A stretch of 64,000 nucleotides of DNA, from the NCBI GenBank assembly GCA_038882715.1, contig JAVZNR010000002.1:21093-85092 (forward strand), given 5' to 3'. Origin of the DNA: Candidatus Bathyarchaeia archaeon. GTDB taxonomy: Archaea > Thermoproteota > Bathyarchaeia > Bathyarchaeales > DTEX01. This document shows, piece after piece, positions 56,267-64,000 of this stretch (position 1 is the stretch's first letter; the number at the start of each line of letters is the position of its first letter). Position numbers and translations under genes: made by a program. The notes under the pieces were generated by a model. The model saw only the letters and a list, made by a program, of their open reading frames with translations, was not told the origin of the DNA and searched no databases.

Positions 56267-58672
56267 GTGGAGGGAGAATTGCCTACACACCGTTTCTGGC
56301 TACTGGACATAAACTACGAGGTGAAAGATCATCAGCCGGAGATCTGGCTTTGGGGCGTTAGCGAAAATGGGGAGAGAGTCCTAGTGATAGACAGGGGTTT
56401 CCCAACATACTTCTACGTTTTGCCAGCACTTGGCGAGGATCCTGAAAAAATAGCTGAAAGGATAGAATTGGCGAAAACTAGCCTGCCATTCATTACGGGC
56501 CTAGAAGTGGTTGACCGAAGATTTTTTGGAAAACCCATAAGGGCTGTAAAGGTTTACTGCCAAGATCCGGAACTGGTTCCAGAATACGTGAAGTACATTT
56601 CGAAAATTAGGGGAGTTGAGAGCTGCCTAGAAGACGACATTAGATACTCAATGCGCTACTTAATAGACAATAATGTTGTTCCCTGCGGCTGGCATGAAGT
56701 TGAAGCTGACGAAACCCCTAATATCATGGGTGTGCAAGTCGAGAAGGTGCTGCTGGCGAAATCTAGGCCCAGATATCTCCCGGATGTTATTAAGATGCCG
56801 GATTTAAGAATTATGGGCTTTTCAACGGCGTTTTATAGCCGTAAAGGTTCTCCGAAGCCTGAGATAAACCCTGTTGTCGTAATATCGGTGGCCACGAATG
56901 CTGGTGAGGAAAAGCAGTTTGTCGCCGATCCCTCCGGAGATGATGGCGAGATTATTGAGGCTTTCATCAATTATGTGAGGGAGTTTGATCCCGACATAAT
57001 TGTTGGGTTTGAAACCAACAGAAGAGATATTCAGTATTTGATGGTGCGTGCGAGAAAAAACGGTCTAACTCTGAAAATAGGCAGGACGGACGCTGAGCCT
57101 CATACAAGCACGTATGGCCACATGTCGATAACTGGCAGAGCGCACATAGACCTATTTGATTATGCCGATGAGTTTCCTGAAGTTAAGATAAAGACTCTGG
57201 AGAATATCGCTGATTACTTAGGCGTCATGAAGATTGGGGAAAGAACTCTAATTGAGGATTTTGAGGTTGCGCAGTATTGGGAGGATGAGAGGAAAAGGCC
57301 AATTTTATTGAAGTTCTCAAGGGAGAACGCTAGATGCGTGATGGGGGTTATAGAGCGCATAATTGATTTTGCGGTTCAGCTTTCTAGCCTAGTTGGCTTA
57401 CCGCTGGATCACGTTGGCACAGCAGCAGTAGGCTTTAGAGTTGAATGGTTTCTGATACGTCACGCCTATCAGATCGGTGAATTAACTCCGAAAAGGCTTG
57501 AGAGACCATACATCCCATATGCTGGAGCAATAGTTCTGGAGCCTAAGCCCGGAATACATAATGATGTCGCCGTTTTAGACTTTAAATCCATGTATCCCAG
57601 CATAATGATAACCTTTAACGTTTCACCTGACACGTATATTCCGCCCGAAGAGCCGGAGCCTCCGTCTGGAGCTTACGCGGCGCCGGAGGTTAATCATAGG
57701 TTTAGGAAGGAGCCGCGTGGCTTTTACTCTGAGGTTTTATCAAAGCTCGTTAAGGCTAGAGACAAGATACGTGAGGACCTTAAGAAAATAGATTTGAGAA
57801 GCCCTGAATATAGGCTGCTGGACGCGCGGCAGAAAGCGATTAAAGTGATCGCGAACGCAACCTATGGTTACGCTGGTTGGATAGGTGCAAGATGGTATAT
57901 TAAGCCTGTGGCTGAAGCTGTTACGGCTTGGGGTAGATATATTATAATGAATGCTATAAAAATGGCTAAAAGCTTAGGCTTAGAGGTGATTTACGGCGAC
58001 ACAGACAGCATATTTGTGAAAAACGATCCTGAGAAGATTGAGAGCCTATCTAAAATGATTGGGGAAAAATTGGGGTTAGAGATTAAGCCAGATAAAATAT
58101 ATTTGCGCGCCCTTTTCACCGAAGCAAAGAAGCGCTACTGCGGGCTAATGCCGGACGGCAGGCTCGATATGGTTGGGTTAGAAGTTGTTAGAGGAGACTG
58201 GGCTAACGTTGCTAAAAATATACAGGAGAAGGTTTTAGAGATAATACTGAAGGAGCAATCGGTTAAGGGAGCCGTAGAGTACGTGCGCAGATATATAGCG
58301 GATCTAAGAGAAAGGAAAGTTCCATTTAAAGACTTGATTATATGGAAGACCTTAACGAAAAATTTGGAGGAATACGAGGTTAAAGCCCCCCATGTCGAAG
58401 CCGCCAAACTGCTCCAGAAGGAGGGCTGGGTGCTAAACGTTGGAGATAAGGTGGGTTTCATTATATCTACAGGTTCAGGCAAGCTTTATGAGCGGGCTAA
58501 ACCATATATTTTCGCCTCATACAGTGATATAGATATAGAATATTATATAACCAACCAGATTATTCCAGCGGCACTAAGAATATTATCACTCTTTAACGTT
58601 AAGGAAAGCGATTTGCTGCCGCCTAAATCCGCTAAAGCGCAAACCCTCTTTGATTTTCTAGGCAAAAAATAG
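56267..58672 (+). CDS. polB: family-B DNA polymerase
   Basis: Motif A DFKSMYPS, motif B KVIANATYGY, motif C YGDTDS. No intein-sized insertion. Exo I and Exo III motifs are substituted (see findings). Confidence 0.9.
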   Translation: MEGELPTHRFWLLDINYEVKDHQPEIWLWGVSENGERVLVIDRGFPTYFYVLPALGEDPEKIAERIELAKTSLPFITGLEVVDRRFFGKPIRAVKVYCQDPELVPEYVKYISKIRGVESCLEDDIRYSMRYLIDNNVVPCGWHEVEADETPNIMGVQVEKVLLAKSRPRYLPDVIKMPDLRIMGFSTAFYSRKGSPKPEINPVVVISVATNAGEEKQFVADPSGDDGEIIEAFINYVREFDPDIIVGFETNRRDIQYLMVRARKNGLTLKIGRTDAEPHTSTYGHMSITGRAHIDLFDYADEFPEVKIKTLENIADYLGVMKIGERTLIEDFEVAQYWEDERKRPILLKFSRENARCVMGVIERIIDFAVQLSSLVGLPLDHVGTAAVGFRVEWFLIRHAYQIGELTPKRLERPYIPYAGAIVLEPKPGIHNDVAVLDFKSMYPSIMITFNVSPDTYIPPEEPEPPSGAYAAPEVNHRFRKEPRGFYSEVLSKLVKARDKIREDLKKIDLRSPEYRLLDARQKAIKVIANATYGYAGWIGARWYIKPVAEAVTAWGRYIIMNAIKMAKSLGLEVIYGDTDSIFVKNDPEKIESLSKMIGEKLGLEIKPDKIYLRALFTEAKKRYCGLMPDGRLDMVGLEVVRGDWANVAKNIQEKVLEIILKEQSVKGAVEYVRRYIADLRERKVPFKDLIIWKTLTKNLEEYEVKAPHVEAAKLLQKEGWVLNVGDKVGFIISTGSGKLYERAKPYIFASYSDIDIEYYITNQIIPAALRILSLFNVKESDLLPPKSAKAQTLFDFLGKK

Positions 58673-58695
58673 AAGAGTATTAGCGTTATGGGCGG

Positions 58696-59835
58696 CTAGT
58701 CAAGTATATCGTCAAAAGTTAGCAGGTTCACGCTCAAAGGCTGCTTAACAATTTCTGATATACGCGCCGCTATAAGATACTTAATGTTCTTTTCGCTAGC
58801 TATATCGACGAGCCTCTGGGTTATTATGCCGTCAAAAACCACGGTGTTTACTCCCTCAAACTCTTTTAATTTATCGGCGAGCTCGCTCACTGGAAGCCTA
58901 CCTATCTGCTCCATCCTATCGTTAAATAGCACGGCCTCAAAGGTTCCCTTAAGGCTTTGGGCAGCCTCAGCTATCTCCCTAGGCATAAGCACCTTCTTCC
59001 TCTTCTTCCTTCGCTCAATTATTTCTCCAACCGGAACCTTATTCTGCAGGGCGATCTCAATCTCCTTCGCGGTTAAATCTTCAACCTCTTTCCCCCTTGG
59101 AGCTCTAGCCACATACTTTATGTTTGCAACCTGCAGCAGTTCTTTAAGGATTAGGTCGCCGCCATGATCCCCGTCGAGGAAGGCTGTTGCCTCTTTCTCC
59201 TTGGTTAATTTAATTACTGTTTCCGGTATCTTTACGCCCTCCAAGGCTATAACGTTGTATATTCCGTGCTTCACAAGATTTATTACGTCAGCTCTACCCT
59301 CAACAATAATAATATCTTTAGCTGAGTCAACATCCGGACCAGCTGGAAGTCTCTCTGGACCATACTCTCTAATCTTAGGTGACCTAAGTATTTCTGCAAC
59401 CTCACGAAATATCTCCTCTGTTTCAGGCATCGTTTCTAGGCTCCATTTGTGCAGTATCTCCTTAGCTCTCTCAATTATCGCTTTACGTTTTGTCTCTCTA
59501 ACATCCTCGATTTTTTCTAGAGAAACGCGGGCTGCGCATGGCCCAACCCTATCTATGCTTTCAACGCTCGCAGCTATTATTGCTGTTGAGACTTTATCTA
59601 GGCTTGTCGGTATAACTATTGTTCCAACAGTTTTATTGTCCTTTTGGGAGGCGATTTCCACCTCTATTCTGCCAATTCTCCCGGTTTTTTGGAGCTCCCT
59701 TAAATCTAATTCCGCGCCGAAAAGTCCTTCTGTTTGCCCGAACACGGCACCTATAACGTCAGGTTTCTCAACTACTCCATCAACCTCAAATTTCGCTCGA
59801 ATCACATATTTAATAGCGGGTAATGGTGATGTCAT
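58696..59835 (-). CDS. dnaG: archaeal DnaG (Toprim) primase/exosome subunit
   Basis: KYVIRAKFEVDGVVEKPDVIGAVFGQTEGL N-terminus. Toprim motifs IVEGRADV and LDGDHGG. Confidence 0.9.
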   Translation of the reverse strand: MTSPLPAIKYVIRAKFEVDGVVEKPDVIGAVFGQTEGLFGAELDLRELQKTGRIGRIEVEIASQKDNKTVGTIVIPTSLDKVSTAIIAASVESIDRVGPCAARVSLEKIEDVRETKRKAIIERAKEILHKWSLETMPETEEIFREVAEILRSPKIREYGPERLPAGPDVDSAKDIIIVEGRADVINLVKHGIYNVIALEGVKIPETVIKLTKEKEATAFLDGDHGGDLILKELLQVANIKYVARAPRGKEVEDLTAKEIEIALQNKVPVGEIIERRKKRKKVLMPREIAEAAQSLKGTFEAVLFNDRMEQIGRLPVSELADKLKEFEGVNTVVFDGIITQRLVDIASEKNIKYLIAARISEIVKQPLSVNLLTFDDILD

Positions 59836-60025
59836 AAGCCGTCAAACCTCACGAACACTATTTTATTTCTCTTAAACAATCCATCTGTTGACTTTAATTC
59901 ACCACCAGCCAACGTATAAGAATATATGTTGATCAAACATATATTCTTAACTTTGCTTATCTTCTAGAGATCTAAGTAACCCTGCGAAGAGCAGGCGCTG
60001 CCAACATGGATGGGAAGGGAAAAGT

Positions 60026-61183
60026 ATGTTAACTCCCAGGGAAAGAATGATCCGGGTTTTCTGTCTTGAAGAGCCTGACAGAGTGCCAGTGTTTGAGCAG
60101 GAAATTCAGCCCCCAACATCTGAAGCTGTCTTGGGCCGGAGCTGCACCATTAACAATAAGAGGCTGCTTCTCGAGATTCTTGAGAAGGGAGAAATGAGCT
60201 GCAGTCTGCTAGATAGGATGGTTGAAGACTATGTCGACTTGGCCAGAAAGCTTAAGCTGGACGCTCTTGTCTTAGGTTCAAATATAGCTCCCGGCGATTT
60301 CACTCCCTATACGCGCATTTCAGAAAATGAGTGGCGGGGCGATGGGGTTGCCATTTACTATTTTTCTGGCAGCAATGAACTAATGACCATTGACCTCGAG
60401 ATCCGTGAGAGGGGTATTGAGGGCTTAAAGCGTAGGATTGAAGAGCTAAGAGAGCCATTAAATATGGGTCCAGAAAACTTTTATGTCTTCAAAAGGGTCA
60501 AAGAAGAGTTGAGAAGAAGGAATCTTGATCTATTCATCTTCGTCGGATGCACTTTGTTTGATTGGCATGGAAGAGGATGGACTGATCTTGCGTTAAAATG
60601 GTTGTACACTAAACCAGGCTTGATGAGGGAATATCTAGACGCCTATAATAGAAGGGTTATCGAAGTGGTGAAGATGGAAATCGATTTAGGAGCAGACGCA
60701 GTGTTAGACGGAGGCGACCTCGCTTATAGGCATGGACCTATGCTTTCGCCCAGAATGTATAGGGAGTTTCTGCTTCCCTATCAAAGAATGCATTCAGATA
60801 TTTTTCATAGGAGAGGCGTTTTTGTCGTTAACCGCTCAGACGGAAATATATGGCCAATAGCCGACGACTTTCTAATAAGTTCAGGGGTAGATGGTTACTG
60901 TGAAATAGATAAAAGCTCTGGCATGGATCTAGGCGAGCTAAAGGAGAAATATGGACATAAGATCTGTCTCCTAGGGAACGTAGACTGCGCAAAAACCTTG
61001 GTCTTTGGAAGTATAAAAGACGTTATGGAAGAAACAATAGATTGCATAATGAAGGCAGCGCCTGGAGGAGGTTATGTCCTATGTTCAAGCAATGTCATAC
61101 ATCATGGAGTTAAACCCGAAAACTATTTGGCTATGCTGAAGGCTGGTCGAAAACATGGCAGCTATAATAGAAGACTAGGTTAA
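60026..61183 (+). CDS. URO-D family protein
   Basis: PDRVPVFEQ N-terminus; GDLAYRHGPMLSPRMYREFLLPYQRM...VNRSDGNIWPIADDFLISSGVDGY...GGGYVLCSSNVI. Confidence 0.7.
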   Translation: MLTPRERMIRVFCLEEPDRVPVFEQEIQPPTSEAVLGRSCTINNKRLLLEILEKGEMSCSLLDRMVEDYVDLARKLKLDALVLGSNIAPGDFTPYTRISENEWRGDGVAIYYFSGSNELMTIDLEIRERGIEGLKRRIEELREPLNMGPENFYVFKRVKEELRRRNLDLFIFVGCTLFDWHGRGWTDLALKWLYTKPGLMREYLDAYNRRVIEVVKMEIDLGADAVLDGGDLAYRHGPMLSPRMYREFLLPYQRMHSDIFHRRGVFVVNRSDGNIWPIADDFLISSGVDGYCEIDKSSGMDLGELKEKYGHKICLLGNVDCAKTLVFGSIKDVMEETIDCIMKAAPGGGYVLCSSNVIHHGVKPENYLAMLKAGRKHGSYNRRLG

Positions 61184-61236
61184 AGCGAAACGGTAAAGCC
61201 CCCACTTATAGCAGAAGATAATATTAGACCCTGCGA

Positions 61237-61659
61237 TCAATCAACCCAACAATTTTCAACCTTTCTTCTTAATGTTCTTATGTACGTAGATAATCCTTCA
61301 ATATCTTTTATGTCGTTGCCGAGCAGGTTTGAAAGAGACTGCCAAAAGCTTAACTCCACCCTGATTCTCGCTGCCTCGAGGGATTTTGCTAAACGCTTGG
61401 TGATCTCCTTCCCACGCCTATCGAAATCCATGAGCAATATAATTTCCCTGCTACCGGTAGAGATTATCTCATCTACAATCTCCGGGAGGCTCTTTCCACA
61501 TGATTTTATGGCTATGACGCCGTTTATGATCCCTATTTCTCTAAGAGCTTTCACGTCTTTTTCTCCTTCGACTATAAGTAGGGCGCCCATGGAAGCCTCG
61601 CTCTTTAACTTCTCAATTATGCAGTTGATCTTCTCAAGCTTCCGTTCAAGGCTTGACAT
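61237..61659 (-). CDS. small Toprim-domain protein (RNase M5-like)
   Basis: LLIVEGEKDVKAL and LLMDFDRRGKE (E and DxD Toprim residues). Confidence 0.65.
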   Translation of the reverse strand: MSSLERKLEKINCIIEKLKSEASMGALLIVEGEKDVKALREIGIINGVIAIKSCGKSLPEIVDEIISTGSREIILLMDFDRRGKEITKRLAKSLEAARIRVELSFWQSLSNLLGNDIKDIEGLSTYIRTLRRKVENCWVD

Positions 61660-61720
61660 ACGATTCCTCAGCCGGAACTAAACGTAACTAATTAACGTGA
61701 CAATATTTTTACTTTTTCCC

Positions 61721-62596
61721 TCATTTTTCGGATTTAAGAACCCTAACTATAACTATGGGTTTGTGCTTAAATCTTTTAAGCATGCTCCAAGTAACTTCCG
61801 TTAGACCGACATGAAATTTTTCAGCCATATCCCAAACAGTTCGCCCCGCTCCAAAACCCCTCTCCTTCTCAGCCGCCCTAGCTACCTCCAACGCCAAATT
61901 CACGTCAATCACCACACCAGCTAAAGCCAAGGGCGTAGGTCTCTGCTTAAGCTTTAAGGCTCTGCCAATAACGTATGCTATGACGCCGGGGAGCGTGCGA
62001 ATACCCTTCATCGGGTTTGGCCTATGCGTGAAATGAAAGTTTCCCAGAGAGTATGTTTTATCGGTGTCAACTATCATGACGGCCACTTTCCTCTTCAATC
62101 TTTTCTCCAAATAACCCTGAATCTCTTCAGCTACTTTCTGCGGTTTTTCTAGAGGCAGGCTGACATACGCGTAGGGAAGGTTGCTTCCATCAATTCCGCC
62201 TTCAGAACCCCACATGAGAGCATGAAGAAAGCCAGCGTATCTTAAAGCCACCTCTTTATGAGCCGATCCTTCTTTCAACGGGTATTTTCTCAACCGCTCC
62301 ACATTTATCTTCTTCATACGGCATAGTTGCCCTAGAAAATAGCCCCAGAAAAACCTCATCCAGACTCTGGCTAAAAAACGCGCTAGGAGGCCGGGTTTAA
62401 CTTTCTTTTCGTCGACTATAAGCCCCTTAGCCACGGATATAGCCTTCTCCGAGACTACGAGTATGTCGCCATCAGAGATTTTTCCCTCAACGGAAGCCGC
62501 TATTTTCTCTAAGTAATCGTCTCTTGGCATCCAGTAACCTGTCTCTATAGCCTTCGCGGTAAGCGTAATCCTCCGCGCTTTTTCGCCGTTAGTCAT
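61721..62596 (-). CDS. CofE-like (F420-0:gamma-glutamyl ligase family) protein
   Basis: GDILVVSEKAISVAKG, GGIDGSN and MIVDTDKTY resemble the F420_ligase fold; second paralogue in the window. Confidence 0.5.
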   Translation of the reverse strand: MTNGEKARRITLTAKAIETGYWMPRDDYLEKIAASVEGKISDGDILVVSEKAISVAKGLIVDEKKVKPGLLARFLARVWMRFFWGYFLGQLCRMKKINVERLRKYPLKEGSAHKEVALRYAGFLHALMWGSEGGIDGSNLPYAYVSLPLEKPQKVAEEIQGYLEKRLKRKVAVMIVDTDKTYSLGNFHFTHRPNPMKGIRTLPGVIAYVIGRALKLKQRPTPLALAGVVIDVNLALEVARAAEKERGFGAGRTVWDMAEKFHVGLTEVTWSMLKRFKHKPIVIVRVLKSEK

Positions 62597-62668
62597 CCTT
62601 TATTTCCCCATAATTATGATAATAGTTATTAGCCAGAAAGACAACTATTGTTTCGGAAAGACAAAAAT

Positions 62669-64000
62669 ATGTTTGTCGAATTAGAGAGAAACAGCATAGA
62701 AGCATTTATTGAATCCTTCTTAAGGGAAGAAAATCTGGATTCTTTGGCTGCCCTAATATATGGCCCGCATGCCGGTGGCTATGCTGATGAAAAAACTGCG
62801 GTAAACATTTTAATTATTGTGGAGTCAAGTAAACCTATTTTGAAGCATTATTCAAGAAGATTTGGCTCAGTGAAAACTCGGCTCCTCATAGCTGACAGGA
62901 AAACGTTTGAGAAAGATGTGGAAAATGAAGGGTTGGGCGGCATACTTGCCGATATCTTAATGACTCCTTACGAACCCATATTTAATGAAGAATACCTATG
63001 GAGACAGGAAGCTAAGTTCAAAAAGAGGGTTGCTGACAGCATTTTAAGAAACCTGATTTTAAGCTTTCCAGAAATGTCGAGAGAATTCATCATTAAGCCC
63101 GAATACTTAATGTTTGAGAGCATGAGACGAAGAGCCTCCTTATTCCCACTAATAATTTATAGGTTTCTTAACGTCACCAGATCTGATGTAAAAGAGAGAA
63201 ACTATGCCTTAATTATGCGGGGTTTCACTGAAGCCTTAAAGGAACTTGCTAGTGAGGGGAAAATTCAAACTTTTAATGATACCTTTAAAATCTCAGAGGA
63301 TTATGTAAAGTCTTTTCTAAGAAAGAAAATTGCTTGGCGTTTTACGAGACTGTTTAAAAATATACGTATCAGCATTTTACGTCATGTTCTTAGGGTTCTC
63401 CCAAGTATCGTGAACCCGTTCCTAGATGAATATAGAATTTATAGGAAGCATGTGGCTAATTTTGGAACCGCCAGAAAAATCATGTTTAAGCTTGAAGATC
63501 CAAGAAAATATATTTTTGTGCCAACATCCTCCGGAATAACACCGTTCACAGAGAAAATAACGATAGAGGAATTTCTCAAAAAACATATGTCTCAAAAACA
63601 TGCTTTAAAACATGAAATTAAAAGGCTGGGAGGAGTTCTAAACAGCGTATACCTGCTAAGAATTTCTGGCTGCGAGAAGGAGGAGAGAATAGTTATCAAG
63701 ATATTTAAAGATTGGTATGGATGGAAATGGTTTCCGCTAGCATTGTGGACTTTAGGAACAAGGGACTTCGCCATCTTGGGAAAAAGCAGGCTTGAAAGGG
63801 AATATGCCTTAAACAATTTTCTGTTAAAAAACGGGATAAATGTTCCAAAAATAGTCTATGTAGCCCCCGAGGAGAAGCTGCTTTTCCGAGAATTTATAGA
63901 GGGAACCAGTTTATCTAAAGTGATCAAACTTCTGTTTAAGAGTGGAGAGAACAGCGACAGCAAAATTAAGATGCTCAAAATTATTAGACAGGTTGGGGAA
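62669..64000 (+). CDS. nucleotidyltransferase-like N-domain fused to a protein-kinase-like (RIO/Bud32-type) domain; 3' end outside window
   Basis: Absent from the supplied track, presumably because it has no stop in the window. ATG at 62669 opens 444 uninterrupted codons to base 64000. The kinase-like part is LGGVLNSVYLLRISGCEKEERIVIKIFKDW...REYALNNFLLKNGINVPKIVYVAPEEKLLFREFIEGTSL. Confidence 0.7.
   Translation, partial: MFVELERNSIEAFIESFLREENLDSLAALIYGPHAGGYADEKTAVNILIIVESSKPILKHYSRRFGSVKTRLLIADRKTFEKDVENEGLGGILADILMTPYEPIFNEEYLWRQEAKFKKRVADSILRNLILSFPEMSREFIIKPEYLMFESMRRRASLFPLIIYRFLNVTRSDVKERNYALIMRGFTEALKELASEGKIQTFNDTFKISEDYVKSFLRKKIAWRFTRLFKNIRISILRHVLRVLPSIVNPFLDEYRIYRKHVANFGTARKIMFKLEDPRKYIFVPTSSGITPFTEKITIEEFLKKHMSQKHALKHEIKRLGGVLNSVYLLRISGCEKEERIVIKIFKDWYGWKWFPLALWTLGTRDFAILGKSRLEREYALNNFLLKNGINVPKIVYVAPEEKLLFREFIEGTSLSKVIKLLFKSGENSDSKIKMLKIIRQVGE

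Noticed and set aside
56267-58672. Checked PolB for an intein or split-gene organisation
   Set aside because: The 801-aa length is normal. Motifs A, B and C are contiguous, with no insertion of about 350-500 aa and no intein block sequences.
59201-59875. 224-aa plus-strand ORF opposite dnaG. The same applies to 470-949, 17426-17878, 45423-45872, 47651-48121, 35533-36018 and 38258-38725, each opposite a strong gene.
   Set aside because: All are S/L/P-rich antisense shadows of genes with clear family motifs.

Overview
All calls are by-eye motif reading of the supplied ORF track and DNA; no searches were run.

This is a densely coded archaeal chromosomal segment of about 70 genes on both strands. 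Archaeal hallmarks:
- family-B DNA polymerase and archaeal DnaG
- the conserved Rpo7(RpoE')-Spt4-DUF359 dephospho-CoA kinase-S24e-S27ae cluster
- Pelota, GPN-loop GTPase, archaeal MiaB/CDKAL1-type methylthiotransferase, TyrRS, PurA, NadE, endonuclease V, translin

Metabolic content: GH51 arabinofuranosidase, GH4 glycosidase, M42 peptidase, aldo/keto reductases, Gfo/Idh/MocA and Ldh2 oxidoreductases, three URO-D-like paralogues, and CofE-type F420 ligases. This fits a heterotrophic TACK/Thermoproteota-type archaeon, possibly Bathyarchaeia-like, but that placement is inference only.

There is one tRNA-Ser(CGA). I saw no rRNA and no CRISPR array.

Non-core or unusual parts:
1. About 2.5 kb of decayed integrated element sits at the tRNA. 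Its integrase is split SSV-style and can be re-joined in frame across a 13-bp direct repeat.
2. A variable island at about 21.2-31.5 kb holds a VapB antitoxin with a frameshifted VapC. It also holds a transglutaminase-like protein, a CopG regulator, an 897-aa repeat-domain surface protein, an anchored secreted protein, a 42-bp-repeat coiled-coil/nuclease-like protein and a subtilisin. It ends in head-to-head remnants of a four-carbon acid-sugar kinase gene and a pdxA-family gene.
3. The PolB has substituted Exo I and Exo III residues but intact polymerase motifs.
4. Rpo7 homology extends upstream of any canonical start codon.
5. translin, endonuclease V and an HD gene form a tight trio.
6. An ORF running off the right edge is missing from the supplied track.

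I found no clear-cut new multi-gene system. The candidates are listed with caveats.
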